Shown piece by piece: positions 52,101 through 61,260 of a DNA stretch of 64,000 nt (positions are counted from its first letter, which is position 1; each line of letters begins with the position of its first letter). The stretch comes from Eledone cirrhosa (Eukaryota): contig OZ024740.1 in the NCBI GenBank assembly GCA_964016885.1, positions 133,982,001-134,046,000 on the forward strand, given 5' to 3'. The position numbers and the translations under genes were made by a program. Below the pieces are notes generated by a model, which saw nothing but the letters and a program-made list of their open reading frames with translations, made no database searches and was not told the DNA's origin.

Positions 52101-54017
52101 TCACTCACCCTTCGCCTCCTGGGGACCAGGCCGCACGATTTCCATGGGGGTGTTGGAGGGGTTGTCTGGATGGGTGGTGGTTTCCGGTGGGGTGGGGACG
52201 CAGATGTTTGGTGGGGTGGGGTCTGGTGGGATGGGGGTGTCTGGGGTGGGGAGGCATTTGAGAAGGACGCGGTTGAGTGGTTTCACGCAGGAATTCCCCA
52301 CATCCTTCTCAAATGTTTCTTTTAGGGACCTATAAGTTTGTATAGGGACCCTAATCAGTTTTAGGTTCATTTTTTTGCTATTTTTTATAGAGTGGGCGAA
52401 AGTTTTCCCTTCGGTGAAAGCCGAAGGGTCGTTCGTAATGGTCTCCATTAGTGTTTTGTTTTCAGTGTTTATGTAAGTGTAAGTGTAATTTTCTTGTGTT
52501 GTGTTTGTTTTTGTCTGTAGTTCTTGTGTGTGCTTTCGTTTTGTTGTAGGTATTTTGTTTTCAGGAGGTGGGGGTTTTGTTTGTGATATTTTTGTTGTTT
52601 GTGTTGGTGGTTGTATGTTTGTGGTAGTGTTTGCTGGTTTTTTGCTTTTGTGATGTCTTTTCTTTCTTTTCGAGCGATGGGGTTCTCCCTCGTCTTCACT
52701 GGGTGATGGCGAGATAGCCTCATCTGTTGTATCGTCTGTGTGATTGGGGAGGGGTATGTCTTGGGGAGCTGTTGTGTCTGTATGTGATTTTGCAGTGGTT
52801 TTAGGTGGAGTGAGGTTGGGTGGGACTGTGTTTGTTGTGGTTATTTTTGTGTGTTGGTGTTGTTGTTGTAGTGGTGGTGTTGGTGGTTGTGTTGTTTTGA
52901 TGGGTGTTGGCAGAAGAGCCTTTTTTTGGTTCATTAGTTTAGGACAGGAAGCCCTCAGGTGACCCCTGCTAAAGCAATGGTAACATGAAGGCCGCCTACC
53001 CTCAACTGAAAGGTTTATGTAGGTAAGTCCGTCCAGGAGTACACGCTGTGGGATCATAGCTATTCGCTCTGGGCTCATTTGCACCAGAACTTCAATGCTA
53101 GTCCCATTGAATACATCTCTGGGGGACTTGCCTACTGACAGTATTCTGTCTTCATCAAAATTGATGAAGCCGCACAGTATCCACCATATGTTCACCTTTG
53201 GTGTGACACTTGTGATTCTGATCTTTTGTGTCCTTTTTCCCATGTATGTAGGGAAAAAGGTGTACAGGTTGGATACAATTGGCGACACAGAGTAATTTTG
53301 GGCCGTCAATTGATCCTTCATCAGTACCGAAATACTCCCAAAAAGTTTGCTTCTTTGAATGAATGCAATATCATTCATTGAATCTTTGAAAACCAGTTCA
53401 ATATCTTTCTGTGACAATTGGACTGGTTTTCGGGTAGAATTGGATACTGTCCTAAAAACTATCGTTTTGAGAGCAGTTTCCTTGCGAATTTCTACCGGAG
53501 AATTGATGCTGAAAGCACCATTTTTTTCGAAGGTGACATATCTCTTAGCGTCCTTTAAAAGGTGTTCAGCATTTGTTATGTCGAGATATATCAATTGTTC
53601 TTTCTTTTGAACTTTCTCCGCAAAGGAGATTTTTGGTTTCTTTGTGGAATCCGTATTGGTGGTGTTGTCATTATTGTTGTTATTCTTGTTTTTATTCTTG
53701 TTGTCACCGATGTTGGTATCATCCGTATTTTCCTTGGTGTTGTTGTTGTCTTTGATGCTGGTGTTATTGGCGTTGTCTTTATTTTTTTCTTTGTTGTTGT
53801 TATCATTGTTGCTTTTATCATCATTATTGGTTTTGCTGTTATTTTTGTTGTCATTGAGCTGTTTGGTGTCATTTGTGTTGTTTGGATGTGTATTCGTTTT
53901 TTTATTTTCATTTTGTCTTTCCATCTCTATAGTATCTAGTGAAGAAGACGTTGTTGACTGCGAGCTTTGTAGTCTTACCGCCTCTCCACCACCATTATCG
54001 TTGGACGCAGCGTTCAT
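52101..54017 (-). CDS. ORF1: gag-like nucleic-acid-binding protein (638 aa)
   Basis: Asn-rich N-terminus, conserved central domain, CX2CX4HX4C knuckle CYHCFSRGHLRASC, Thr/Pro-rich tract, SPSEDEGEP followed by basic RSKRKKR. Confidence 0.9.
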   Translation of the reverse strand: MNAASNDNGGGEAVRLQSSQSTTSSSLDTIEMERQNENKKTNTHPNNTNDTKQLNDNKNNSKTNNDDKSNNDNNNKEKNKDNANNTSIKDNNNTKENTDDTNIGDNKNKNKNNNNNDNTTNTDSTKKPKISFAEKVQKKEQLIYLDITNAEHLLKDAKRYVTFEKNGAFSINSPVEIRKETALKTIVFRTVSNSTRKPVQLSQKDIELVFKDSMNDIAFIQRSKLFGSISVLMKDQLTAQNYSVSPIVSNLYTFFPTYMGKRTQKIRITSVTPKVNIWWILCGFINFDEDRILSVGKSPRDVFNGTSIEVLVQMSPERIAMIPQRVLLDGLTYINLSVEGRRPSCYHCFSRGHLRASCPKLMNQKKALLPTPIKTTQPPTPPLQQQHQHTKITTTNTVPPNLTPPKTTAKSHTDTTAPQDIPLPNHTDDTTDEAISPSPSEDEGEPHRSKRKKRHHKSKKPANTTTNIQPPTQTTKISQTKPPPPENKIPTTKRKHTQELQTKTNTTQENYTYTYINTENKTLMETITNDPSAFTEGKTFAHSIKNSKKMNLKLIRVPIQTYRSLKETFEKDVGNSCVKPLNRVLLKCLPTPDTPIPPDPTPPNICVPTPPETTTHPDNPSNTPMEIVRPGPQEAKGE

Positions 54018-54235
54018 AACGTAATCAAAATTTTACAATATTTTTTTCCAAGATTCGATGGAGAAAAATTTTTTAAATGGATATTCCGCCCCTGTAGGGG
54101 CGAAAATGAGTTGACCCACCACCTGAAGGTCCAGACGGGTGGTCAAGTTACACAATGATATAAAATTGAACTAAAAACTCACGTTTTTTCCTTACATAAA
54201 TTAACGGAAACTTCTCCGCGAAGTGACACACGTCT

Positions 54236-54242
54236 GATAGAG

Positions 54243-54339
<97 letters not shown>
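54236..54339. repeat. (GATA)n spacer between copies B and C
   Basis: Seen directly. Confidence 0.95.
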
Positions 54340-56703
54340 TGTTTCTTTTATTTGCCACTAGGGCATCAAAAGTGGGACAAGTACAAAGAGCGCGCGCTCC
54401 ATCTTGGTGAGGGTTTCCCTTGGGCAGGGCACTACGGTCAGGCGGTAGTAGATGACGGACGCTATGTAGGTGTTCGCCACCTCCGCCCGACCTTTCAGGG
54501 ATAGTTTGCAACTGGCCCACTTCTGGGTCAGTGCAAACACCCTGTTCGTAACCTCCGCCCAGTTTTTCTCCACCTGGAGGTCCGGTCCGAACCAGACCCC
54601 GAGCAACTTCACCGGGCCCTCCGTCCAGCGTCCGACGACGCCATCGGAGGGCATCGGTCTGCCCCTCCACGTGCCGAGTTGCAAACCGATCGACTTGTCC
54701 CGGTTCAGCTTAGCCCCTGTGAACTTTTCGTACTCCTCTAGTAAGGTGCCGACCGCCTCGATTTCGGAGGCCGTCGACACCATTACTGTCACGTCATCGG
54801 CGTAGGCCGACACCGCTTTCCGCAATCCCGGTTCCAAAGGGATGCCCTGCAACAACTCCAACTTCCGCAGTAGTGGCTCTAGAGTCAACACATACAGAAG
54901 GGAGGAGAGAGGGCACCCTTGTCGGATGGACCGCGCGATTTTGAACGGCTCCGAGAGGTAGCCGTTCACCTTGACCCTAGAGCAGATGCGGCTGCTGTGC
55001 ATAGCAGTGATCCAGCCCCTGAAAACGGGTCCGAAGCCTGCCGCCGCTAGCACCGCATCCAGGTAACCATGGTCGACCCTATCGAACGCCTTAGATTGAT
55101 CCAAGTTGATCAGAGCCCCACCAAAGCCGGGTTCGTTCCCAACCCTCTCTATGATGTATCGCATGAGGTGGAGGTTGTCATGGATGGACCTGGACGGGAT
55201 AGCGCATGTCTGCGCATCTCCCACCAGGTTGCCCACGACAAGCGCCAACCTCTTTGCTAGCACCTTGGCCAAAATCTGTAACTCTGTATTTAGCAGTGTT
55301 ATGGGCCTGAAGTTACTTATTTCGTCCCCCTTGTTCTCGTCCTTCCTCACTAGCGTGACTACGCCCTTGGTCACAGTACAGGGAATTCTCCCGTTCTGTT
55401 GCCAGTTGCAGTAGACCACCTCGAAGAGATCGGGGAACAAGTCCGGCATAGCTAGATATAATTCGTAAGGAAGACCATCGAGACCCGGGGATTTGCGTTT
55501 GCCGCATTGGCTCAGCACGTCCTCTATCTCAGCGGCCGAAATCGGCTCCTCGCAGGACTTCGCCTCCCTGTCCGAGAGGCGCGGCAGGCCGTCGAGGTAT
55601 GGACCGAAGTCCACGTTCCCAACCGGCTCCCCGCCCCTCCCGAACAGTCGGGCAAAGTGCCTTTGAAAGGCCTCACACATCTGCTTAGGCTCAAGAATCG
55701 CCCGTCCATCCAGGTCTCGCAAAGACCGGATGGTGGATTTAGTTCCACTGTTGGCCTCTGTCACGCGGGCCCAGCTAACAGCTTTGGTCCCCTCGTTCCC
55801 TAGAGCACGTATTTTACTTCGGACAACGCAGCCTTCGTGCTTCGCGTCGAAAAACTGGCTCAAAGCCGTTCTCGACGCTAGCACTCTGGCCACGTCGCCG
55901 CTTCTAATTGCCTCTTCTACTCTATCTATTAGCTCCCTTTCCTTCCTATTCCTATCCGCAGCTAGAACCTTACTAAATTCTATCGAGACTACTCTAATCT
56001 CTCTCTTTAGAGATACCCACCACCTGCTGTTGACGATCGCTCCAGTCAACCGTTCCTTAACTAACGTACTAATCCGATTCCTGTAGGCTCTACTTGCCGG
56101 CAAGGACAAGTTGAGCTTCCAGTAACCGGGGCCCTGTCTATGAGTTCTGTCAAGGTTGACCATGCAGGTCACTAATTTGTGGTCTGAATAGCCAAACATG
56201 CGCATTTTTGAACAACTTAAAAAGTCCTTATCCTTAATTCTAACTAAGAACCTATCTAGGTACGACCTAGATGATCCGCTACGATTTGCCCAAGTCCAGG
56301 TTGGCGCAGTCGGAAAATCTAGTCGATATCTATCGGCCAGGTCAAATCGACCGATTAACCCTTTGAGGCTATTACACCCCTCTCTATCGGGGCAGGCCCC
56401 TACGTAGTCCCAGCGTGCATCTAGGATACCATTCCAGTCCCCCACTAATAGCAAGGAGCGGGACGTCCCTAGAAAAGTCTCCAGACGATGGAAGAAGTCC
56501 GGCCGCATTGACCCGAAAGGGCCGTAGGCGGCTACCAACCTAAACGCTCCGCCTTTACCACTGCCAAGGTCCAGAACCACTAGTCGACCCTCCGGGTCCA
56601 AATGTACCATCTGTGTTGCGAGACCCAGATGTTTTTGCAGCAGAACGACAACTCCACCCCCGCCTCCGGGCTGACAGAGAGATGCGTGCATCTCAAAGTC
56701 ATC
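54340..56703 (-). mobile_element. Tx1 copy C: 5'-truncated, with internal deletion of the ORF2 3' end and most of the 3'UTR
   Basis: Open 777-aa ORF2 fragment; only the last ~49 nt of the element (54340-54388) are fused to ...KMERALF; nearly identical to copy D at offset 3615. Confidence 0.9.
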
Positions 56704-56705
56704 AA

Positions 56706-56772
<67 letters not shown>
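56706..56772. repeat. (GATA)n spacer between copies C and D
   Basis: Seen directly. Confidence 0.95.
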
Positions 56773-57036
56773 TGTTTCTTTTATTTGCCACTAGGGCATC
56801 AAAAGTGGGACAAGTACAAAGGGGGGAGTTTACACAAAAAGGCGTCCTCAATAAGGAGGAGGCAATAACAAAATATAAAAATAAAATAAGATATAACAAA
56901 AAATAAAATTTATAACAAAATCCTCAATAGAGAGGAGGCGCCTTGGGGGGCCGCACACACCCCCGAAAAAAGTGTGCAACCCTTCTCCTCAGAAGCACAG
57001 AGAAGGGGTGCTCCCTTGGTCTTTCATCTTCCTCAC

Positions 57037-60000
57037 CTATAGTCTGATGTAGAGTGAAGGCCCATTCACACAGGCCATTCTCGACACTTTCACCCATCTT
57101 TCATAGAAACGGCTGGGGTGCAGCACCTCTCTCTCCATCCTGATCCTTCTTCCGAAATGATATCGGAAGAAACGGACCAGTTGTTGGCCAGAGAGAAAGG
57201 TGCCTGACCTCAGTCCTTTCAGACGCGTCCACCATACAACCTCTTTCGCCATGGCTATTACGCACAGAAACACCGCCTCTGCTTCATCTTTGAAGGGGGG
57301 AGGCGGCTTGATCATTACAATAGACTCGGTGGTCAACCGGATCGGTCCCACCCTTGACAGCAGTTGTTCGACATAGCCCCACAGATCGGCTACGCCCGAG
57401 CAGTGTACCAATGCGTGTGCAACGGTTTCCTCGTCGCACACGCATCTGGGACAGATCTTTTTGGCGGGGTCCCTACCCGGGCGCCCGTGTCTGTAGAGCC
57501 TTTCTCGAACGGGTAAAGCCCCTCGGTAGCACTGCCAGGCCAGGGACTTCTGGAAGTTGTCCATAGGTCCCGGGCTGAATGTCCTACCGAACAGGTTGGC
57601 CAGTTCGTCCTCCTCCATGTCTAGGGCTTCTCCGAGGGCGTCGTCGCACCTGCTGCGTACCAGCCCTCTATAGAATGTTGCGGTGGAGTCTCCACTGATA
57701 ACCGGATCCGCCTGCCAGAGGGCGGTGAGCGCCTGGGCACACTCAGTGTACCAGGCGCCCAGTTTTCTCGGTCTTTGCTTGACCCAGGATTGCAGCTCGG
57801 TGAGTGAGACGAGTCTGGGAAAGGTTCGTCTCACAAACGAGGCCCATACCGGTTGTCCAGTGAGGAATACGTAGAGGTGCCGTAGCCTTAATGCGTGTTT
57901 ACGCATCATTAGCCACGGCATCCCCAGCCCTCCTTTCGAAGGGTGTTGACAGCAGATGGATCTCCTCACCATAGGAGCCCGCCTCTTCCAAAGGAATTGG
58001 AAGAGCGCGCGCTCCATCTTGGTGAGGGTTTCCCTTGGGCAGGGCACTACGGTCAGGCGGTAGTAGATGACGGACGCTATGTAGGTGTTCGCCACCTCCG
58101 CCCGACCTTTCAGGGATAGTTTGCAACTGGCCCACTTCTGGGTCAGTGCAAACACCCAGTTCGTAACCTCCGCCCAGTTTTTCTCCACCTGGAGGTCCGG
58201 TCCGAACCAGACCCCGAGCAACTTCACCGGGCCCTCCGTCCAGCGTCCGACGACGCCATCGGAGGGCATCGGTCTGCCCCTCCACGTGCCGAGTTGCAAA
58301 CCGATCGACTTGTCCCGGTTCAGCTTAGCCCCTGTGAACTTTTCGTACTCCTCCAGTAAGGTGCCGACCGCCTCGATTTCGGAGGCCGTCGACACCATTA
58401 CTGTCACGTCATCGGCGTAGGCCGACACCGCTTTCCGCAATCCCGGTTCCAAAGGGATGCCCTGCAACAACTCCAACTTCCGCAGTAGTGGCTCGAGAGT
58501 CAACATATACAGAAGGGAGGAGAGAGGGCACCCTTGTCGGATGGACAGCGCGATTTTGAACGGCTCCGAGAGGTAGCCGTTCACCTTGACCCTAGAGCAG
58601 ATGCGGCTGCTGTGCATAGCAGTGATCCAGCCCCTGAAAACGGGTCCGAAGCCTGCCGCCGCTAGCACCGCATCCAGGTAACCATGGTCGACCCTATCGA
58701 ACGCCTTAGATTGATCCAAGTTGATCAGAGCCCCACCAAAGCCGGGTTCGTTCCCAACCCTCTCTATGATGTATCGCATGAGGTGGAGGTTGTCATGGAT
58801 GGACCTGGACGGGATAGCGCATGTCTGCGCATCTCCCACCAGGTTGCCCACGACAAGCGCCAACCTCTTTGCTAGCACCTTGGCCAAAATCTGTAACTCT
58901 GTATTTAGCAGAGTTATGGGCCTGAAGTTACTTATTTCGTCCCCCTTGTTCTCGTCCTTCCTCACTAGCGTGACTACGCCCTTGGTCACAGTACAGGGAA
59001 TTCTCCCGTTCTGTTGCCAGTTGCAGTAGACCGCCTCGAGGAGATCGGGGAACAAGTCCGGCATAGCTAGATATAATTCGTAAGGAAGACCATCGAGAGC
59101 CGGGGATTTGCGTTTGCCGCATTGGCTCAGCACGTCCTCTATCTCAGAGGCCGAAATCGGCTCCTCGCAGGACTTCGCCTCCCTGTCCGAGAGGCGCGGC
59201 AGGCCGTTGAGGTATGGACCGAAGTCCACGTTCCCAACCGGCTCCCCGCCCCTCCCGAACAGTCTGGCAAAGTGCCTTTGAAAGGCCTCACACATCTGCT
59301 TAGGCTCAAGAATCGCCCGTCCATCCAGGTCTCGCAAAGACCGGATGGTGGATTTAGTTCCACTGTTGGCCTCTGTCACGCGGGCCCAGCTAACAGCTTT
59401 GGTCCCCTCGTTCCCTAGAGCACGTATTTTACTTCGGACAACGCAGCCTTCGAGCTTCGCGTCGAAAAACTGGCTCAAAGCCGTTCTCGACGCTAGCACT
59501 CTGGCCACGTCGCCGCTTCTAATTGCCCCTTCTACTCTATCTATTAGCTCCCTTTCCTTCCTATTCCTATCCGCAGCTAGAACCTTACTAAATTCTATCG
59601 AGACTACTCTAATCTCTCTCTTTAGAGATACCCACCACCTGCTGTTGACGATCGCTCCAGTCAACCGTTCCTTAACTAACGTACTAATCCGATTCCTGTA
59701 GGCTCTACTTGCCGGCAAGGACAAGTTGAGCTTCCAGTAACCGGGGCCCTGTCTATGAGTTCTGTCAAGGTTGATCATGCAGGTCACTAATTTGTGGTCT
59801 GAATTGCCAACCATTCGCATTTTTGGACAACTTAAAAAGTCCTTATCCTTAATTCTAACTAAGAACCTATCTAGGTACGACCTAGATGATCCGCTACGAT
59901 TTGCCCAAGTCCAGGTTGGCGCAGTCGGAAAATCTAGTCGATATCTATCGGCCAGGTCAAATCGACCGATTAACCCTTTGAGGCTATTACACCCCTCTCT

Positions 60001-60225
60001 ATCGGGGCAGGCCCCTACGTAGTCCCAGCGTGCATCTAGGATACCATTCCAGTCCCCCACTAATAGCAAGGAGCGGGACGTCCCTAGAAAAGTCTCCAGA
60101 CGATGGAAGAAGTCCGGCCGCATTGACCCGAAAGGGCCGTAGGCGGCTACCAACCTAAACGCTCCGCCTTTACCACTGCCAAGGTCCAGAACCACTAGTC
60201 GACCCTCCGGGTCCAAATGTACCAT
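57037..60225 (-). CDS. N-terminally truncated ORF2 (1062 aa; RT and CCHC intact, first ~80 aa of APE lost)
   Basis: Uninterrupted frame with GDWN, SDH, YADD and CPRCVCDEETVAHALVHC; lacks the NVRGL/E motifs. Confidence 0.75.
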   Translation of the reverse strand: MVHLDPEGRLVVLDLGSGKGGAFRLVAAYGPFGSMRPDFFHRLETFLGTSRSLLLVGDWNGILDARWDYVGACPDREGCNSLKGLIGRFDLADRYRLDFPTAPTWTWANRSGSSRSYLDRFLVRIKDKDFLSCPKMRMVGNSDHKLVTCMINLDRTHRQGPGYWKLNLSLPASRAYRNRISTLVKERLTGAIVNSRWWVSLKREIRVVSIEFSKVLAADRNRKERELIDRVEGAIRSGDVARVLASRTALSQFFDAKLEGCVVRSKIRALGNEGTKAVSWARVTEANSGTKSTIRSLRDLDGRAILEPKQMCEAFQRHFARLFGRGGEPVGNVDFGPYLNGLPRLSDREAKSCEEPISASEIEDVLSQCGKRKSPALDGLPYELYLAMPDLFPDLLEAVYCNWQQNGRIPCTVTKGVVTLVRKDENKGDEISNFRPITLLNTELQILAKVLAKRLALVVGNLVGDAQTCAIPSRSIHDNLHLMRYIIERVGNEPGFGGALINLDQSKAFDRVDHGYLDAVLAAAGFGPVFRGWITAMHSSRICSRVKVNGYLSEPFKIALSIRQGCPLSSLLYMLTLEPLLRKLELLQGIPLEPGLRKAVSAYADDVTVMVSTASEIEAVGTLLEEYEKFTGAKLNRDKSIGLQLGTWRGRPMPSDGVVGRWTEGPVKLLGVWFGPDLQVEKNWAEVTNWVFALTQKWASCKLSLKGRAEVANTYIASVIYYRLTVVPCPRETLTKMERALFQFLWKRRAPMVRRSICCQHPSKGGLGMPWLMMRKHALRLRHLYVFLTGQPVWASFVRRTFPRLVSLTELQSWVKQRPRKLGAWYTECAQALTALWQADPVISGDSTATFYRGLVRSRCDDALGEALDMEEDELANLFGRTFSPGPMDNFQKSLAWQCYRGALPVRERLYRHGRPGRDPAKKICPRCVCDEETVAHALVHCSGVADLWGYVEQLLSRVGPIRLTTESIVMIKPPPPFKDEAEAVFLCVIAMAKEVVWWTRLKGLRSGTFLSGQQLVRFFRYHFGRRIRMEREVLHPSRFYERWVKVSRMACVNGPSLYIRL

Positions 60226-60247
60226 CTGTGTTGCGAGACCCAGATGT

Positions 60248-61052
60248 CATCCTCCAGGTCCAGAAAACCTGTCAAAACCCACCATATGTCCATAATCGGC
60301 AGGATGGTGTGGATTTTTATTTTTTGTGTTCTTGTACCCATGTACGTAGGGTAGAAGGTGTATGCGGTGGATGTGATTGGTTTGATGGACAGTTTCACTG
60401 CTGTGTCCCTGTCCTTCATGAGAATGGATAGACTCCCGTAGAGTCTATCCTTCTGAATGAAGGTGATGTCGTTCATGACGTCTTTTAAAACCAGCTCTAT
60501 CTCGCTCTGTGATGGTTGAGCTGGTTTTTTACTTTTGTTCGAGATTGTCCTAAACATGACCGTGTTTAGGAGTCTCTGGCTTTTTAGTTCCGGGGGGGAA
60601 TGGATTGTGAATGAACCATTTTCCCCGTACACTATATATTTTTTCGCATCCGCCAGTAGCTCCTTCGCTTTTGTTATATCTACTGGCAGATAGTCGAGGG
60701 TTTTCCTTGTCGTCTCGGCGAAGGAGAAATTTTGTTTGTTTGTGTTGTTGTTGTCGTTGGTGGTGTTGTTGTTATCATTGTTGTTGTTGTCACCGTTATT
60801 GGTCTTGTTGTTGTTGTTATTGTTATTGTTATTGGTGTTGTTTTCGTCCGTCGCATTGTTGTTGTTGCTGTTGCTGCTGGTTCTTTGGGTTGTTGCCATG
60901 GCAACGTCAAGTTGTCGGTTAACAGGTGGAGAGAATTCTTCCTCTGGCTGACCTTTCTTCTTGACCTCTGCTACTGTGACAGTGGCAGGGGGAAGCTGTA
61001 AGTTCATCTTCCCCTTTCCTCCTTCGAATTTTGGTGAAGAAGCTTCGGCCAT
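60248..61052 (-). pseudogene. Truncated ORF1 of copy D
   Basis: Asn-rich tract, VMFRTISNK, FYPTYMGTRTQKIKI; zinc knuckle deleted. Confidence 0.85.
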
Positions 61053-61260
61053 TTAAAAAAATATTGACTTTTCAACAAGAAAAAATTTTTTTTTTTTTGT
61101 TTAACTATTTCGCCTAAAGGCGTAGAATATTTTGAGAGACTGACCAGATCAAAGTTTGACCTGGCAGTCCCTCTACAAAATGGTACAAAAATTAAAGTTA
61201 TCAGACAAGAATTTCTATAGAAATTTAAACAGAACTTACTCAGAAAGTTATACGCGTGTG

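Larger units (their letters stand above)
48391..54235 (-). mobile_element. Tx1-clade retrotransposon copy B, full length and intact
   Basis: 5'UTR, ORF1, 33-bp spacer, ORF2, 3'UTR ending GTGGCTAATAAAGAAATA then (TATC)n; GATA arrays on both sides. Confidence 0.95.
56773..61260 (-). mobile_element. Tx1 copy D: both termini present, ORF1-3'/ORF2-5' deletion at ~60247
   Basis: ORF1 61052-60248 is fused out of frame to ORF2; 5'UTR 61053-61260. Confidence 0.9.

Noticed and set aside
54380-60250. Internal deletions of copies C and D as spliced introns
   Set aside because: Breakpoints lack GT/AG on the sense strand and show 3-4 nt microhomology instead.
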